Source: an uncultured Rubrobacteraceae bacterium (lineage in GTDB: Bacteria > Actinomycetota > Rubrobacteria > Rubrobacterales > Rubrobacteraceae). From it: a DNA stretch of 61,481 nt. Numbering within the stretch: the first letter of the stretch is position 1; every line of letters begins with the position of its first letter. The DNA is taken from NCBI GenBank assembly GCA_902806075.1, contig CADCVG010000086.1, forward strand, positions 5,854 to 67,334, written 5' to 3'. A program made the position numbers and the translations under genes. Below are positions 18,859-28,228 of this stretch, piece after piece. The notes under the pieces were generated by a model. The model saw only the letters and a program-made list of their open reading frames with translations, was not told where the DNA came from and did no database searches.

Positions 18859-20043
18859 CTACATGTAGGGCTCTACCTCGTCATCTTGTGCGAGCCTGCG
18901 GTAGCCTTCGGCGATACCTAGTACTTCGCGGACGTACCATCCGGCGCGGTTATAGGTGTAGAGCGCAGCGTAGAAGTCCTCGGGTGCACCGCCGTACTTC
19001 AGGTAGGAAGCGGCGGCCGGTATGGCGTCTTCGGGGTCCATGATGTTCGCGACGCCGTCCCTATTGCCGTCCACCCCGAACTGTTGCCAGGTCGAAGGCA
19101 GGAACTGCATCGGCCCCATCGCCCCGGCGCTGGAGGGACCCATGTTCTCCCCGTGGTCTGACTCGACCTTACCCACGGCCGCGAGCACGTACCAGTCCTC
19201 GGCGAATCCGTACCGCTTCGCCGCTGCCTTATAGATCTGGACGTACCTCTTGTAGGGGATCTCCTCGACGGGCTGGGCCACGATCTCTTCCCGCGCGATA
19301 TCTAACTCTTGCTCTACTCCCAGGCCTCCCCCACCGCTACCGCTCGCCGGCGGCACCTGGATCTCCCCGGCCTCCTCGGCGACTTCGAGCTGCCCGATCC
19401 GCTTCTCCATCTGCTGCTCTTTGTCAGTACCGAGCTTATCAACGGCGACCTTAAGCTTGCCCTCGCGCCGCTTGAGTTCCTCGGCCCGGGTCTTCTCCTC
19501 TTCCCGGGACTTCTCTTGCTCCTCTCTCGCCCCGTCAAGCTGGCGGAGAGTCTCCTTCAGCGCCCGCTCGGAGTCCTTGTGAGTCTTTACGACCTGGCGA
19601 TCTTCCGCCAGCATACGCCCCAAAGGCCCCTCGACAATGGCGTCCAGATCGGGACCGTCGTCGCCGAAGACGCTGTCTACAACGGCGGAGGCACCTGCGA
19701 TATCTTCGCCTTTGTACGCGGCCTTCGCCCTTTCCCCGAGCCGGACCTGCGCCTTCGCAGCTTTCAAGCGTTGCAAATCTGCTTGCTCCGTAAGGCTTCG
19801 GGTCTGCTCCTCGAGCTCCCGAGTGCGTGCCTCCGCTGCACTAATAGAGTCTTGCGCCTCCTTCAACTGTGCAGCCACATCATCAAGACCCCCCACCTCC
19901 GCCTCGAGCGCCGACTCCTGCTTCTGCCGTAGGCCATTGTCTGACTCCGGATCCACACTCTCCGCCCTGGCGGCCCCGCCAAGCAGTAGTAACGCTATCG
20001 GAACCCCAACCACTAATACCAGTATTGTGCTCCTTGTGCCCAT
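18859..20043 (-). CDS. secreted lytic transglycosylase with N-terminal coiled coil
   Basis: Signal peptide (..GAARA-E), long heptad region, SLT-type motifs LAAVGKVES, GAMGPMQFLPSTW, DAIPAAASYL, ALYTYN; start moved to ATG 20043 after a G-rich RBS. Confidence 0.85.
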   Translation of the reverse strand: MGTRSTILVLVVGVPIALLLLGGAARAESVDPESDNGLRQKQESALEAEVGGLDDVAAQLKEAQDSISAAEARTRELEEQTRSLTEQADLQRLKAAKAQVRLGERAKAAYKGEDIAGASAVVDSVFGDDGPDLDAIVEGPLGRMLAEDRQVVKTHKDSERALKETLRQLDGAREEQEKSREEEKTRAEELKRREGKLKVAVDKLGTDKEQQMEKRIGQLEVAEEAGEIQVPPASGSGGGGLGVEQELDIAREEIVAQPVEEIPYKRYVQIYKAAAKRYGFAEDWYVLAAVGKVESDHGENMGPSSAGAMGPMQFLPSTWQQFGVDGNRDGVANIMDPEDAIPAAASYLKYGGAPEDFYAALYTYNRAGWYVREVLGIAEGYRRLAQDDEVEPYM

Positions 20044-20192
20044 TCCCCCCCTTTGCACAGCACAGCGCCTCTGAAGTTTCTCAGCAAGGACATCCGAAGG
20101 CAACTGAGTCTACAGTACGTTCATCATTGGAGAAATATTTGGTGTTGTTTAAGTTCTTGGGTTAGGCGGCTCCAATTATGTAGAAGAGAAAT

Positions 20193-21086
20193 TCAGGTAT
20201 GCGGGGAGCTAGTGGGGTGAATACCGTTGGCTGTGAGCAGGGCGATCAGTGCCTCCAACTCCTCCCTCTCACGGAAGCGTATCTCGATCCTGCCACCCCT
20301 ACGGGAGGGTCGTACTCGTGTAGGCAGCATAAGGACTTCCTGGATTATCCGTGAAGCCTCACCGTACTCGTCAACGAACGCCGGCTCCTCTTGGGGCTTC
20401 TCCTCGGGCTCGGTTTTCTCCCGCGGTCCGGACAACTCCTCCCGTACCAGCTCTTCAGTCTTGCGCACGGAGAGCCTCTCCGCCTGCACCTTCTCGGCCA
20501 CATGCAGCATCCGCTCCTCGGCATCCAGTCCGAGTAGCGCCCGAGCATGGCCCTCCGAGAGCCTCTCCGAAAGGACCATTGACCTTATAGATTCTGGCAA
20601 TCGTATGAGTCGCAATGTGTTCGTTACCGCGGCCCGGCTCTTCCCAAGCCGGTTCGCGAGTTGGTCCTTTGTCAGGCCGAAGCTATCCATGAGAGCCTGG
20701 TATGCGGCGGCGGTCTCCAGAGGATTCAGGTCTTCCCTTTGCAGGTTCTCGACGAGCGCCATCTCCATAGACTCGCCCTCCCCCGCCTGCTTAATAAGTA
20801 CCGGAACGCGATCCAGGCCCGCCTCCTTTGCAGCCCTGAGCCTCCTCTCTCCGGCGATCAACTCGAAGCCGGTCTCGGTAGACCGGATCACGAGCGGCTG
20901 TAGTATCCCCACCTCTCGTATCGAAGCCGCAAGTTCTTTTATGCTCGCCTCGGAGAAGTTGCGGCGCGGCTGGTGGGTGTTGGGCCGGATCGCGGTGACC
21001 GGCACTTCCTCAAACCTCAACCCTCCGACGCTGTCGCCGGCGGAGATCAACGCGGAAAGCCCTCGTCCCAACCCGCGCCTACCCAC
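20193..21086 (-). CDS. parB: chromosome partitioning protein ParB
   Basis: GLGRGLSAL, QPRRNF, GILQP, IAGERRLRA, ALVENLQREDL, HTH GKSRAAVTNTLRL, SEGHARALL. Confidence 0.97.
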   Translation of the reverse strand: MGRRGLGRGLSALISAGDSVGGLRFEEVPVTAIRPNTHQPRRNFSEASIKELAASIREVGILQPLVIRSTETGFELIAGERRLRAAKEAGLDRVPVLIKQAGEGESMEMALVENLQREDLNPLETAAAYQALMDSFGLTKDQLANRLGKSRAAVTNTLRLIRLPESIRSMVLSERLSEGHARALLGLDAEERMLHVAEKVQAERLSVRKTEELVREELSGPREKTEPEEKPQEEPAFVDEYGEASRIIQEVLMLPTRVRPSRRGGRIEIRFREREELEALIALLTANGIHPTSSPHT

Positions 21087-21843
21087 GACTCAACACCTCT
21101 TCGGCGACGGCTGCATAAGCCTCAGCCCCCGTACTCTTTGGAGCGTATAGAGCGACGGGCATCCCGAAGCTCGGCGCCTCGCTGAGCCGAACATTACGGG
21201 GTATGACCGTGTGGAAGACTTGATCTCCGAAGAAGGATCGCACCTCTTCGACTACCTGGTGGGCGAGGTTGGTGCGCGTGTCGAACATGGTGAGCAAGAC
21301 GCCGCCGATCCGCAGGTCCGGGTTGAGCTCCTCCCTGACCATTCTCACACTCCTCATAAGCTGCGTGAGGCCTTCAAGCGCGTAGTACTCGCATTGTATC
21401 GGTATCAGCACCTCGTCCGCCGCCGTGAGCGCGTTTAGGGTAAGGAGATCCAGGGAAGGCGGGCAATCCACTAACACCCGGTCGTACAGACCCCTCGGCA
21501 GCTTTTGTAATGTGCGCTTCAACTTGAACTCGCGGGCCAGAGTCGAGATCATCTCCACCTCCGCACCCACGAGGTTTATAGTAGCTGGCGCAACGTCGAG
21601 ACCCTCGATCTCTGTTCTTACAGCAACTTTTTCTAGAGGCTTCCCTTCTAGGAGTACGTCGTACATGCATCCGCTACCACCAGCCGTAACGCCTAGACCG
21701 CTCGTAGCATTGCCCTGGGGATCCATATCGATAATGAGAACCTTCTCCCCCAACTCCGCAAGATAAGCGGCGAGGTTGATAGCGGTGGTGCTCTTACCCA
21801 CCCCACCCTTCTGGTTCACTATGGCAACGACGGTAGTCACCAT
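21079..21843 (-). CDS. parA: chromosome partitioning ATPase ParA/Soj
   Basis: NQKGGVGKST deviant Walker A, DMDPQGNA, DCPPSL, PIQCEYYALEGL, IPRNVRLSEAPS. Confidence 0.97.
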   Translation of the reverse strand: MVTTVVAIVNQKGGVGKSTTAINLAAYLAELGEKVLIIDMDPQGNATSGLGVTAGGSGCMYDVLLEGKPLEKVAVRTEIEGLDVAPATINLVGAEVEMISTLAREFKLKRTLQKLPRGLYDRVLVDCPPSLDLLTLNALTAADEVLIPIQCEYYALEGLTQLMRSVRMVREELNPDLRIGGVLLTMFDTRTNLAHQVVEEVRSFFGDQVFHTVIPRNVRLSEAPSFGMPVALYAPKSTGAEAYAAVAEEVLSRG

Positions 21844-21985
21844 CGGTATCTTAGCACGACTCCTTTATAATCCGCCCAATTGCTTCAACGACTTCTCAGC
21901 ATACGCCATGATCGGGGGTAGACTCTCCTTCACCACAACATTTGGTAGCCATAGGGGCGGCGTCAGGTCTGCCGATTGCACCTCT

Positions 21986-22723
21986 CTAAACGCCTAATGG
22001 ACGCTTTCTGGCTAGTCCTATCCTTCTTGGAAACTTCTTCGGAGTTGCCGCAACCTTCTCAAATACTACGAGCCGCCGCTCTTTCTGCGTTAACTCCGCA
22101 CAGTACTTCACCTCCAACACCCCGCGTAACTTCAACCCTAGCTCGGCTCCAGCCGCGACCCCTTGCGCCAACTCTTCTTCTGCCAATCGCCCCTTCATCG
22201 CTAGTATCGCGCCACCGACCTTTATAAACGGAGCACAGTACTCTGCAACTACCGGCAGTGCTGCCAATGCACGAGCCGTCGCAATCTCGAAGACCTCTCT
22301 ATACTCTGATCCTCTCCCCACCTCTTCTGCACGAGCGTTGAGCAACCACAGATTTTGCAGATCCAACTCTTCACGTACATGCCTCAAAAACTTGACTTTC
22401 TTCTCCGTAGCCTCCAAGAGGGTAACGCTTAACCCTGGGCGTGCTATTCCTAAGGGCACTCCGGGCAAGCCTCCCCCCGCCCCCACGTCTATAAGCGAAT
22501 TGCCCTTATCAAAGCCGTCGAATAATAAACAACTAAGGGAGTCGAGCAAATGTTCGATAACTATCTGGTCTCGGTCCGTGGTCCCTATCACGTTGGCTAA
22601 CTCGTATCCGGCGAGAAGCTGAGCATATCGGTCTAGAAGAGGAAGCTGCAACTCATCTAATTCGAGGTTCCAAGCCTCGACCTGTAAGCGCAATTGCTCG
22701 GCAGTAGCCGTCACAGTAGACAA
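21986..22723 (-). CDS. rsmG: 16S rRNA m7G527 methyltransferase
   Basis: HLLDSL, DVGAGGGLPG.PL, RAE, TARALA, MKG, FPRRIG; canonical position upstream of parA. Confidence 0.93.
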   Translation of the reverse strand: MSTVTATAEQLRLQVEAWNLELDELQLPLLDRYAQLLAGYELANVIGTTDRDQIVIEHLLDSLSCLLFDGFDKGNSLIDVGAGGGLPGVPLGIARPGLSVTLLEATEKKVKFLRHVREELDLQNLWLLNARAEEVGRGSEYREVFEIATARALAALPVVAEYCAPFIKVGGAILAMKGRLAEEELAQGVAAGAELGLKLRGVLEVKYCAELTQKERRLVVFEKVAATPKKFPRRIGLARKRPLGV

Positions 22724-22739
22724 CGTTTCACGTGAAACG
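22724..22739. promoter_or_regulatory. parS site 1
   Basis: Palindrome CGTTTCACGTGAAACG matching the consensus TGTTTCACGTGAAACA core. Confidence 0.9.
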
Positions 22740-22819
22740 GCTTCGTAGGACTAAGGCTCTTCACTAGCGTGACAAAAGTTAGCCAAGAACAACAATTGAC
22801 TCAATACCCTTTAGAGATG

Positions 22820-22835
22820 TGTTTCACGTGAAACT
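22820..22835. promoter_or_regulatory. parS site 2
   Basis: TGTTTCACGTGAAACT. Confidence 0.9.
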
Positions 22836-22843
22836 ATATAGCC

Positions 22844-23611
22844 TTAGACCGGGCTTACAACGACTCTACGGTCCTCTTCCTGACCTTCACTAGAAGTTGT
22901 AACGCCGGGATTCTCTTTAAGATAAAGGTGTACGACGCGGCGCTCGGCGGCGGTCATTGGGGGGAGGCTTAGGGAGCGTTTCTCGCGGAGGGCGCGGCGG
23001 GCGGTGCGGTGAGCCATACCCTGTAGAGCTTCTACGCGACGCTGCCGGTAGCCTTCTGAGTCCACCATGATCTTCTTCACGAATGGACGGTTCTTGTAGA
23101 CGGAGACGTTCAGGAGGTGCTGGATCGAGTCTATCGTCTCACCTTTCTGGCCAATAAAAAGCCCCGTCTCCTTGGTAGCCACGTCCACGGAGATCACGTC
23201 TCCCGCGTCATAAGCGTCTACCGTCGCATCGAAGCCAACCCTGTCGAGAAGCGAGGTCATAAACTCGTCGACAGCCAGGATCAAATCGTCTGGCGCATCG
23301 ACGGTGACAGCAGAAGGCTCTTCTTGTTGAGGAGCTTCTTCTAGCGGAAGCTCCTCCAACGATGGCCGTGTCGCTTCCTCCTCATCGGAAACAAGCGCAG
23401 GGCCCTCCTTCGCCGAAGCTGGGACCTCGGTCTCGGCTTCGGGGAGCTCGACCAGTATGCGTGCGTCCCTCGATCCCATGCCCAAAAATCCGGCGCTACC
23501 CCGATCTACAACTTCGAAGCTTAATTGCTCTGGGACTACACCTAAGGTAGCCGCGGCTTTATCTACGGCTTCCTCGACCGTTGCAGCGTTAAACTCTCGA
23601 CTCTCGCTCAT
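22844..23611 (-). CDS. jag: Jag/EloR (KhpB) RNA-binding protein
   Basis: Jag_N (TVEEAV..A, GFLGMG), KH (GLFIGQKGETIDSIQ), R3H (ERRVVH). Confidence 0.92.
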   Translation of the reverse strand: MSESREFNAATVEEAVDKAAATLGVVPEQLSFEVVDRGSAGFLGMGSRDARILVELPEAETEVPASAKEGPALVSDEEEATRPSLEELPLEEAPQQEEPSAVTVDAPDDLILAVDEFMTSLLDRVGFDATVDAYDAGDVISVDVATKETGLFIGQKGETIDSIQHLLNVSVYKNRPFVKKIMVDSEGYRQRRVEALQGMAHRTARRALREKRSLSLPPMTAAERRVVHLYLKENPGVTTSSEGQEEDRRVVVSPV

Positions 23612-24402
23612 TTCTTCTTTTTCCTTCTCTTCCTCTTGGTGCTCTTGGCCTTCTGCACATCTCCCGCACCGCCATTTTGCGGGGCGTCTGCTGGCTGAGA
23701 GGCGGACTCTGCTTTGTCAGTAGACCGATCCTTCTCGGCGGTATCGGGCGATTTCTTGCCAGGACCGTAGTTGTAGATCAGGAAGTTTTGCACGAGAGTC
23801 ACTAGGTTAGAGGTGATCCAGTACATAAACAGACCGGCGGGGAAGCTGATGAGGAACACCGTAAATACCACGGGCAGCAACCGCATCAACCAGCGCTGTT
23901 GAGGATCTAGGCTCTTCGCAGTGATCTCCGACGCGGCGAGCATGGTGACCGCCGATATAACCGGCAAGATGTACAGAGGATCCTGCACGGAGAGGTCCTG
24001 GAACCACAGAATCCCGCCTGAAGTGAAGCTCTCGTGCGTCTCGCCAAAGTTGCTGACGACGACGTAAATCGCGATAAATATCGGCATCTGGATCAGAAGG
24101 GGAAAACAACTACCAAAAGGGTTGACCTTGCGCTCTTGATAGAGCTTCATCAACTCTTCCTGCTGCTTCTGTTTATTATCCTTGTACTTTGCCCGCAACC
24201 GATCCATGTCGGGCTTCAGATCCTGCATGGCACGCATGCTTTTGACCTGCCTGACCGTGAGCGGGAAGAGGATGGAGCGTACGATTATGGTCAGGATCGC
24301 GATGCTCAACCACCAGGGCAAACCCTGCGCGTGCAATAATTCCAGGCCGCTGCCCAGAATATTCGTGAGCGGTGAAAATATCCGTTCGATAAACTCTATC
24401 AT
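23608..24402 (-). CDS. yidC: membrane protein insertase YidC
   Basis: LTIIVRSILFPL, VNPFGSCFPLLIQMPIF, PAGLFMYWITSN, basic C-terminal tail. Confidence 0.95.
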   Translation of the reverse strand: MIEFIERIFSPLTNILGSGLELLHAQGLPWWLSIAILTIIVRSILFPLTVRQVKSMRAMQDLKPDMDRLRAKYKDNKQKQQEELMKLYQERKVNPFGSCFPLLIQMPIFIAIYVVVSNFGETHESFTSGGILWFQDLSVQDPLYILPVISAVTMLAASEITAKSLDPQQRWLMRLLPVVFTVFLISFPAGLFMYWITSNLVTLVQNFLIYNYGPGKKSPDTAEKDRSTDKAESASQPADAPQNGGAGDVQKAKSTKRKRRKKKK

Positions 24403-24412
24403 GTAATCCTTC

Positions 24413-24640
24413 TCATCTTACCGGGTCTATGCCTCCATCCGACCAGGGATTGCAGCGGAGTATCCGCCAAGCTCCCATAAAACCGCCTCTCACAAGGCCG
24501 TATTTCTGTATAGCCTGAAGCGTGTACTGCGAGCAGGTCGGCCAGTACCTGCAAGAGGGCGGTAGCATGGGGGAGAGAAGCCTCTGGTAAACACGGATAG
24601 CGCCGACGGCAAGGTTCCTCGGCCGTATCCTACGAAGCAT
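24413..24640 (-). CDS. yidD: membrane protein insertion efficiency factor YidD
   Basis: [31 protein letters not shown]. Confidence 0.95.
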   Translation of the reverse strand: MLRRIRPRNLAVGAIRVYQRLLSPMLPPSCRYWPTCSQYTLQAIQKYGLVRGGFMGAWRILRCNPWSDGGIDPVR

Positions 24641-24998
24641 CCCTGGCCTCTCCAGTCCCGGTGCTCTTGCCTAGCCTACGTAGGGATCGCAGGAACTCGT
24701 CGTTCAACTCCTCAAACGAAGCCTCAGCGGCTGGGGGACGGGCCGAGATGACGAAGTCAGCACCACCCGGTAGGCTCATCACCGAAGAACGAAAGATCTC
24801 CTTCAAGCGCCGCCGCACCTTATTGCGGTTGACCGCGCCCCCGACCTTCTTGGAGACAGAGAGGCCTAACCTGGGGCTACCCAAAGTGTTCGGGAGAAGG
24901 TGTACAGAGAACAGTCTTCCCCTGTAGACCGACCCCTTACGATAGACCCTCTCGAACTCGGGTGAGGCGGTAAGGCTAGTGCTCCTGCGACGGCCCAA
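24630..24998 (-). CDS. rnpA: ribonuclease P protein component
   Basis: [34 protein letters not shown] (RNR motif). Confidence 0.95.
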   Translation of the reverse strand: MGRRRSTSLTASPEFERVYRKGSVYRGRLFSVHLLPNTLGSPRLGLSVSKKVGGAVNRNKVRRRLKEIFRSSVMSLPGGADFVISARPPAAEASFEELNDEFLRSLRRLGKSTGTGEARDAS

Positions 24999-25001
24999 AG
25001 G

Positions 25002-25136
25002 TCAGACGGCCAGACGCTTGCGCCCCTGACGCCGGCGCGAGGCTATGATCCTACGGCCACCGGTAGTACTCATGCGCTTCCGGAAGCCGTGGGTCTTGGC
25101 CCGCTTGCGACGGTTCGGCTGGTAAGTACGCTTCAT
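25002..25136 (-). CDS. rpmH: 50S ribosomal protein L34
   Basis: Manual translation [44 protein letters not shown] (too short for the ORF track). Confidence 0.97.
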   Translation of the reverse strand: MKRTYQPNRRKRAKTHGFRKRMSTTGGRRIIASRRRQGRKRLAV

Positions 25137-25179
25137 AGAACTCCCTCAGACTTGTTACCACAATAATTAAGGTCAACCT

Positions 25180-25208
25180 AGTATATCTGAACCAGCAAAC
25201 CAGTCCAA
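25180..25208 (-). promoter_or_regulatory. putative sigma-A promoter of the rpmH operon
   Basis: TTGGAC-17 nt-TATACT on the minus strand. Confidence 0.55.
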
Positions 25209-25388
25209 CAAGCTTGACTCGTCTCACCGCTTTACCATTCCACGGAGCGTAGTACCTATGTTTATGCGAAAAGAACTGCAAATCACTGTTTATCGTAAGA
25301 CGCAACGATCCACTAATAGCCGATTGTCCATCCACGCTAACTCTATCTGCGCCGCTCAACTCCGTAGCGTGCAACAACAAGGTCAAGT

Positions 25389-25421
25389 TTATCCACAACC
25401 TGTGGATAAACTTGTGGATAA
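25389..25421. promoter_or_regulatory. upstream DnaA-box cluster (oriC1 / dnaA operon control region)
   Basis: Three perfect boxes: TTATCCACA 25389, TGTGGATAA 25401, TGTGGATAA 25413, in an AT-rich intergenic region. Confidence 0.88.
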
Positions 25422-25505
25422 ATATGGTAATTGGCTGCAAATCTCTATTTTCATCTTCTTTGCTCTAGCGTACTATCGAGGGGGGCGCCATAATCCGGGT
25501 CGGGG

Positions 25506-26303
25506 ATGATGTACGCGAATCGGACACAGAGAGACACGGGGCATGCCGGCATCGGCGTCAAGCTCGCGGTATACCCGAAGAGCGGAGAGCCGGAGGTAAG
25601 CGAGGTCTCGGCATCCTCTCCGCGCGCGGCCGGGATGAAGTTCTCGAAGCTGGTGATGGAGAAGGTGCGTGAGGCCGGCGGGCGCGTCCCCGAGGAGGCG
25701 GTGCGGGAGTTGGTCGAGAACCTCATACACGCAGAGTACAAAGGCGTGGTGATCTCCGTCCTCGAAGAAGGAAACGTGGTGAGGATTTCGGATAAGGGAC
25801 CGGGCATAGAGCACAAGAGCCGCGCCTTCGAGTTCGGTTTCTCCGGCGCGACGTCGGAGGCGATCCGGGAGATACGAGGAGTTGGAGCAGGCCTCGGCAT
25901 GGCGCGTGCGGCGGCCGAGAAGGCGGGGGGAACCGTAACGGTGGAGGACAACATCGGGGGCGGCACGGTAGCGACCGTCTCGGTGGGAGAGACCAGTATG
26001 GTGCGAGAGGCGGTAGAGCAGGATGACAGTCCGGTGCGGACGCAGAGAAAGTATCCGGACGCCGTGCCAAAGATGAACATCTCCGAGAGGCAGCAGAAGG
26101 TTTTGATCACGGTGCTCGAGAGCGGTGAGGTAGGGCCTTCGACGGTCGCCGACAGGTTGGAGATAAGCGTCAGCACCGCCTACAGGGACCTCTCGGTCCT
26201 GGAGGAGCACGGTCTCGTCGCCGCTGCTGAATCAGGTAAGCGTGAGATCACGCCGCTCGGACGCGACGTGGTTGAGGCTATCGTCGACTCCTGGGTGAAG
26301 TAA
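25506..26303 (+). CDS. GHKL (HATPase_c-type) ATPase fused to a C-terminal winged HTH
   Basis: N-box ELVENLIHA, G1 ISDKGPGI, F-box AFEFGFS, G2 GVGAGLG, G3 GGGT; no His-phosphoacceptor domain; HTH STVADRLEISVSTAYRDLSVLEEHGLV. Confidence 0.8.
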   Translation: MMYANRTQRDTGHAGIGVKLAVYPKSGEPEVSEVSASSPRAAGMKFSKLVMEKVREAGGRVPEEAVRELVENLIHAEYKGVVISVLEEGNVVRISDKGPGIEHKSRAFEFGFSGATSEAIREIRGVGAGLGMARAAAEKAGGTVTVEDNIGGGTVATVSVGETSMVREAVEQDDSPVRTQRKYPDAVPKMNISERQQKVLITVLESGEVGPSTVADRLEISVSTAYRDLSVLEEHGLVAAAESGKREITPLGRDVVEAIVDSWVK

Positions 26304-26306
26304 CCG

Positions 26307-27656
26307 ATGTATCGTCCGGTCGAAGAGGTCTGGATAGAAGTGCTCGACCGCGTGTCCGAGCACATAAACACGCCCTCTTTGCGAGTCTGGTTCGAGGGCA
26401 CGAGACCTGTCGGCCTCTACGAGGACCGGTTGGAGATCTCCGTCCCAAACGACCTGGCCAAGGAGTACATAGAGAGCCGCTTCAAGCCGCTACTGGAGGA
26501 GGCTCTCGACTCCACTTTGGGCAAAGAGGACACGAGCCTCGTGGTCAGCATCGAGGGCGCCCGCGGAAGAGAGACCGGTAACGGCCGGAGCTCGAACGGC
26601 GTGGACTTTATGAAGAATACGCGCACATCGCGTCCGTTCAAGGCCAAGTACACCTTCGACACCTTCGTCATCGGGGCCGGCAACAGGTTCGCACACGCGG
26701 CGGCCCTGGCGGTGGCCGAGACTCCGGGCGTCGTCTACAACCCTCTCTTTATCTATGGGGGAGTAGGGCTGGGTAAAACGCATCTCCTGCGCGCGGTCGG
26801 GCAGTACGTCGAAGAAGAGGATCCGGGCATGAGGATGCGTTACGTCACCTGCGAAAACTTCACCAACGACTTCATCAACGCAGTGAGAGACAACGCTCCG
26901 CTGGAGTTCCAGAAGCGCTACCGGGAGAACGACGTGCTCCTCATCGACGACATCCAGTTCCTGGAGGGCAAGATCGAGACGCAGGAGGCGTTCTTTCACA
27001 CCTTCAACGCCCTCTACGAAGAGAACAAGCAGATCGTCATAACATCAGACCGGCACCCGAAGTACATCCCAACCCTCGAAGATAGACTCGTCTCGCGCTT
27101 TGAGTGGGGCCTCGTCACCGACATACAGCCACCGGACCTGGAGACGCGCATTGCGATCCTGCGCAAGAAGGCGCTGATGGACCGGCTGGAGGTGGACGAC
27201 GAAGTCCTGACGTTTATCGCCTCGAAGGTCTCGACGAACATCCGGGAGCTCGAAGGTGCACTGGTACGTATCCTGGCCTACGCCTCGCTCTACGGGCGAA
27301 CGGTGAGCGTGGCCCTCGCCGAAGAGGTCCTGAAAGACATACTGCTCGACGCAGCCTACAGGGAGATACCGGTCGAGCTCATACAGCACGAGGTCTGCCG
27401 CTACTTCGGTATCTCCAAGGGAGACCTCGTCGGCCAGAGTCGCTCCAGAGGTTTCGCCTACCCGAGGCAGGTCGCCATGTACCTCTGCCGCGAGCTAACC
27501 GACGAGTCACTGCCGAAGATAGGACGCGCCTTCGGCGGCCGCGACCACTCCACGGTCATGCACGCGAATACCAAGATCTCCAACCTCATAAACAGCGACC
27601 GCGACGTCTTCAACCAGATCCACGAGATCACCTACCACGTCAAAAGTAAACGCTGA
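26307..27656 (+). CDS. dnaA: chromosomal replication initiator DnaA
   Basis: [45 protein letters not shown], domain IV RQVAMYL...[12 protein letters not shown]. Confidence 0.99.
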   Translation: MYRPVEEVWIEVLDRVSEHINTPSLRVWFEGTRPVGLYEDRLEISVPNDLAKEYIESRFKPLLEEALDSTLGKEDTSLVVSIEGARGRETGNGRSSNGVDFMKNTRTSRPFKAKYTFDTFVIGAGNRFAHAAALAVAETPGVVYNPLFIYGGVGLGKTHLLRAVGQYVEEEDPGMRMRYVTCENFTNDFINAVRDNAPLEFQKRYRENDVLLIDDIQFLEGKIETQEAFFHTFNALYEENKQIVITSDRHPKYIPTLEDRLVSRFEWGLVTDIQPPDLETRIAILRKKALMDRLEVDDEVLTFIASKVSTNIRELEGALVRILAYASLYGRTVSVALAEEVLKDILLDAAYREIPVELIQHEVCRYFGISKGDLVGQSRSRGFAYPRQVAMYLCRELTDESLPKIGRAFGGRDHSTVMHANTKISNLINSDRDVFNQIHEITYHVKSKR

Positions 27657-27778
27657 TCCTCACCAGTAAGGTCCCTCAGGTCTCCCTATTCACATCCACC
27701 AATACTCTAAATACGCTCCTCACCCCTCCCCTGGTGGGAGGGTATATTGTAACATTAGTCAGGCATACCATTCAAAAG

Positions 27779-28210
27779 TTATCCACAGCCTATCCACAGC
27801 ATACCTCGCTAATGTGGACAACCTTCTCCACTCCGGTGGCTAAAACACCCAGTTATCCACATTTTCTGTGGATAGAAAGCGTATCCTGTGTATAACTCTC
27901 TTAGTTCATGGCTAAACAAGACACTTGTATATGGTTTTATGTATACAATCTGTGGATAACCCTGTGGATAAGAGGGGTAAAAGCTGTGGATAACTTTGTG
28001 GATAACTTTGTGGATAACTTCAGCCTGTGGATAACTCCCGACTTATCCACATTTCTTCCACAGGAAATCGTGAGTTGTCCACAATTTCGTCCACAGGTAT
28101 GTGGGGCACTTTTGGCCATATATAAGCAGAATCCCAGAGTTATCCACACTATCCACAGGCCTTATTATTACTATTAATATAAGAACTTAAGGGTTTAAAT
28201 AATAATAGTA
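27779..28210. other. replication origin oriC (dnaA-dnaN intergenic)
   Basis: Ten perfect TTATCCACA/TGTGGATAA boxes (27779, 27853, 27951, 27963, 27985, 27997, 28009, 28026, 28043, 28140) plus near-matches; box pair 28140-28157, GGCC, then TTATTATTACTATTA trio-like repeats and an AT-rich unwinding element. Confidence 0.95.
27985..28020 (+). repeat. 3 x 12-bp tandem repeat TGTGGATAACTT (tandem DnaA boxes)
   Basis: Exact copies at 27985, 27997 and 28009. Confidence 0.95.
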
Positions 28211-28228
28211 AAGGAAGGAGGAGGAGCT

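Noticed and set aside
25051-25509. ORFs 25051-25440 (-) and 25258-25509 (+)
   Set aside because: AT-rich promoter and DnaA-box region; the real gene is rpmH in another frame
27908-28177. ORFs with repeated VDNF / LSTK peptides and CRISPR-like periodicity
   Set aside because: They are translations of tandem DnaA boxes in oriC; there are no unique spacers and no cas genes
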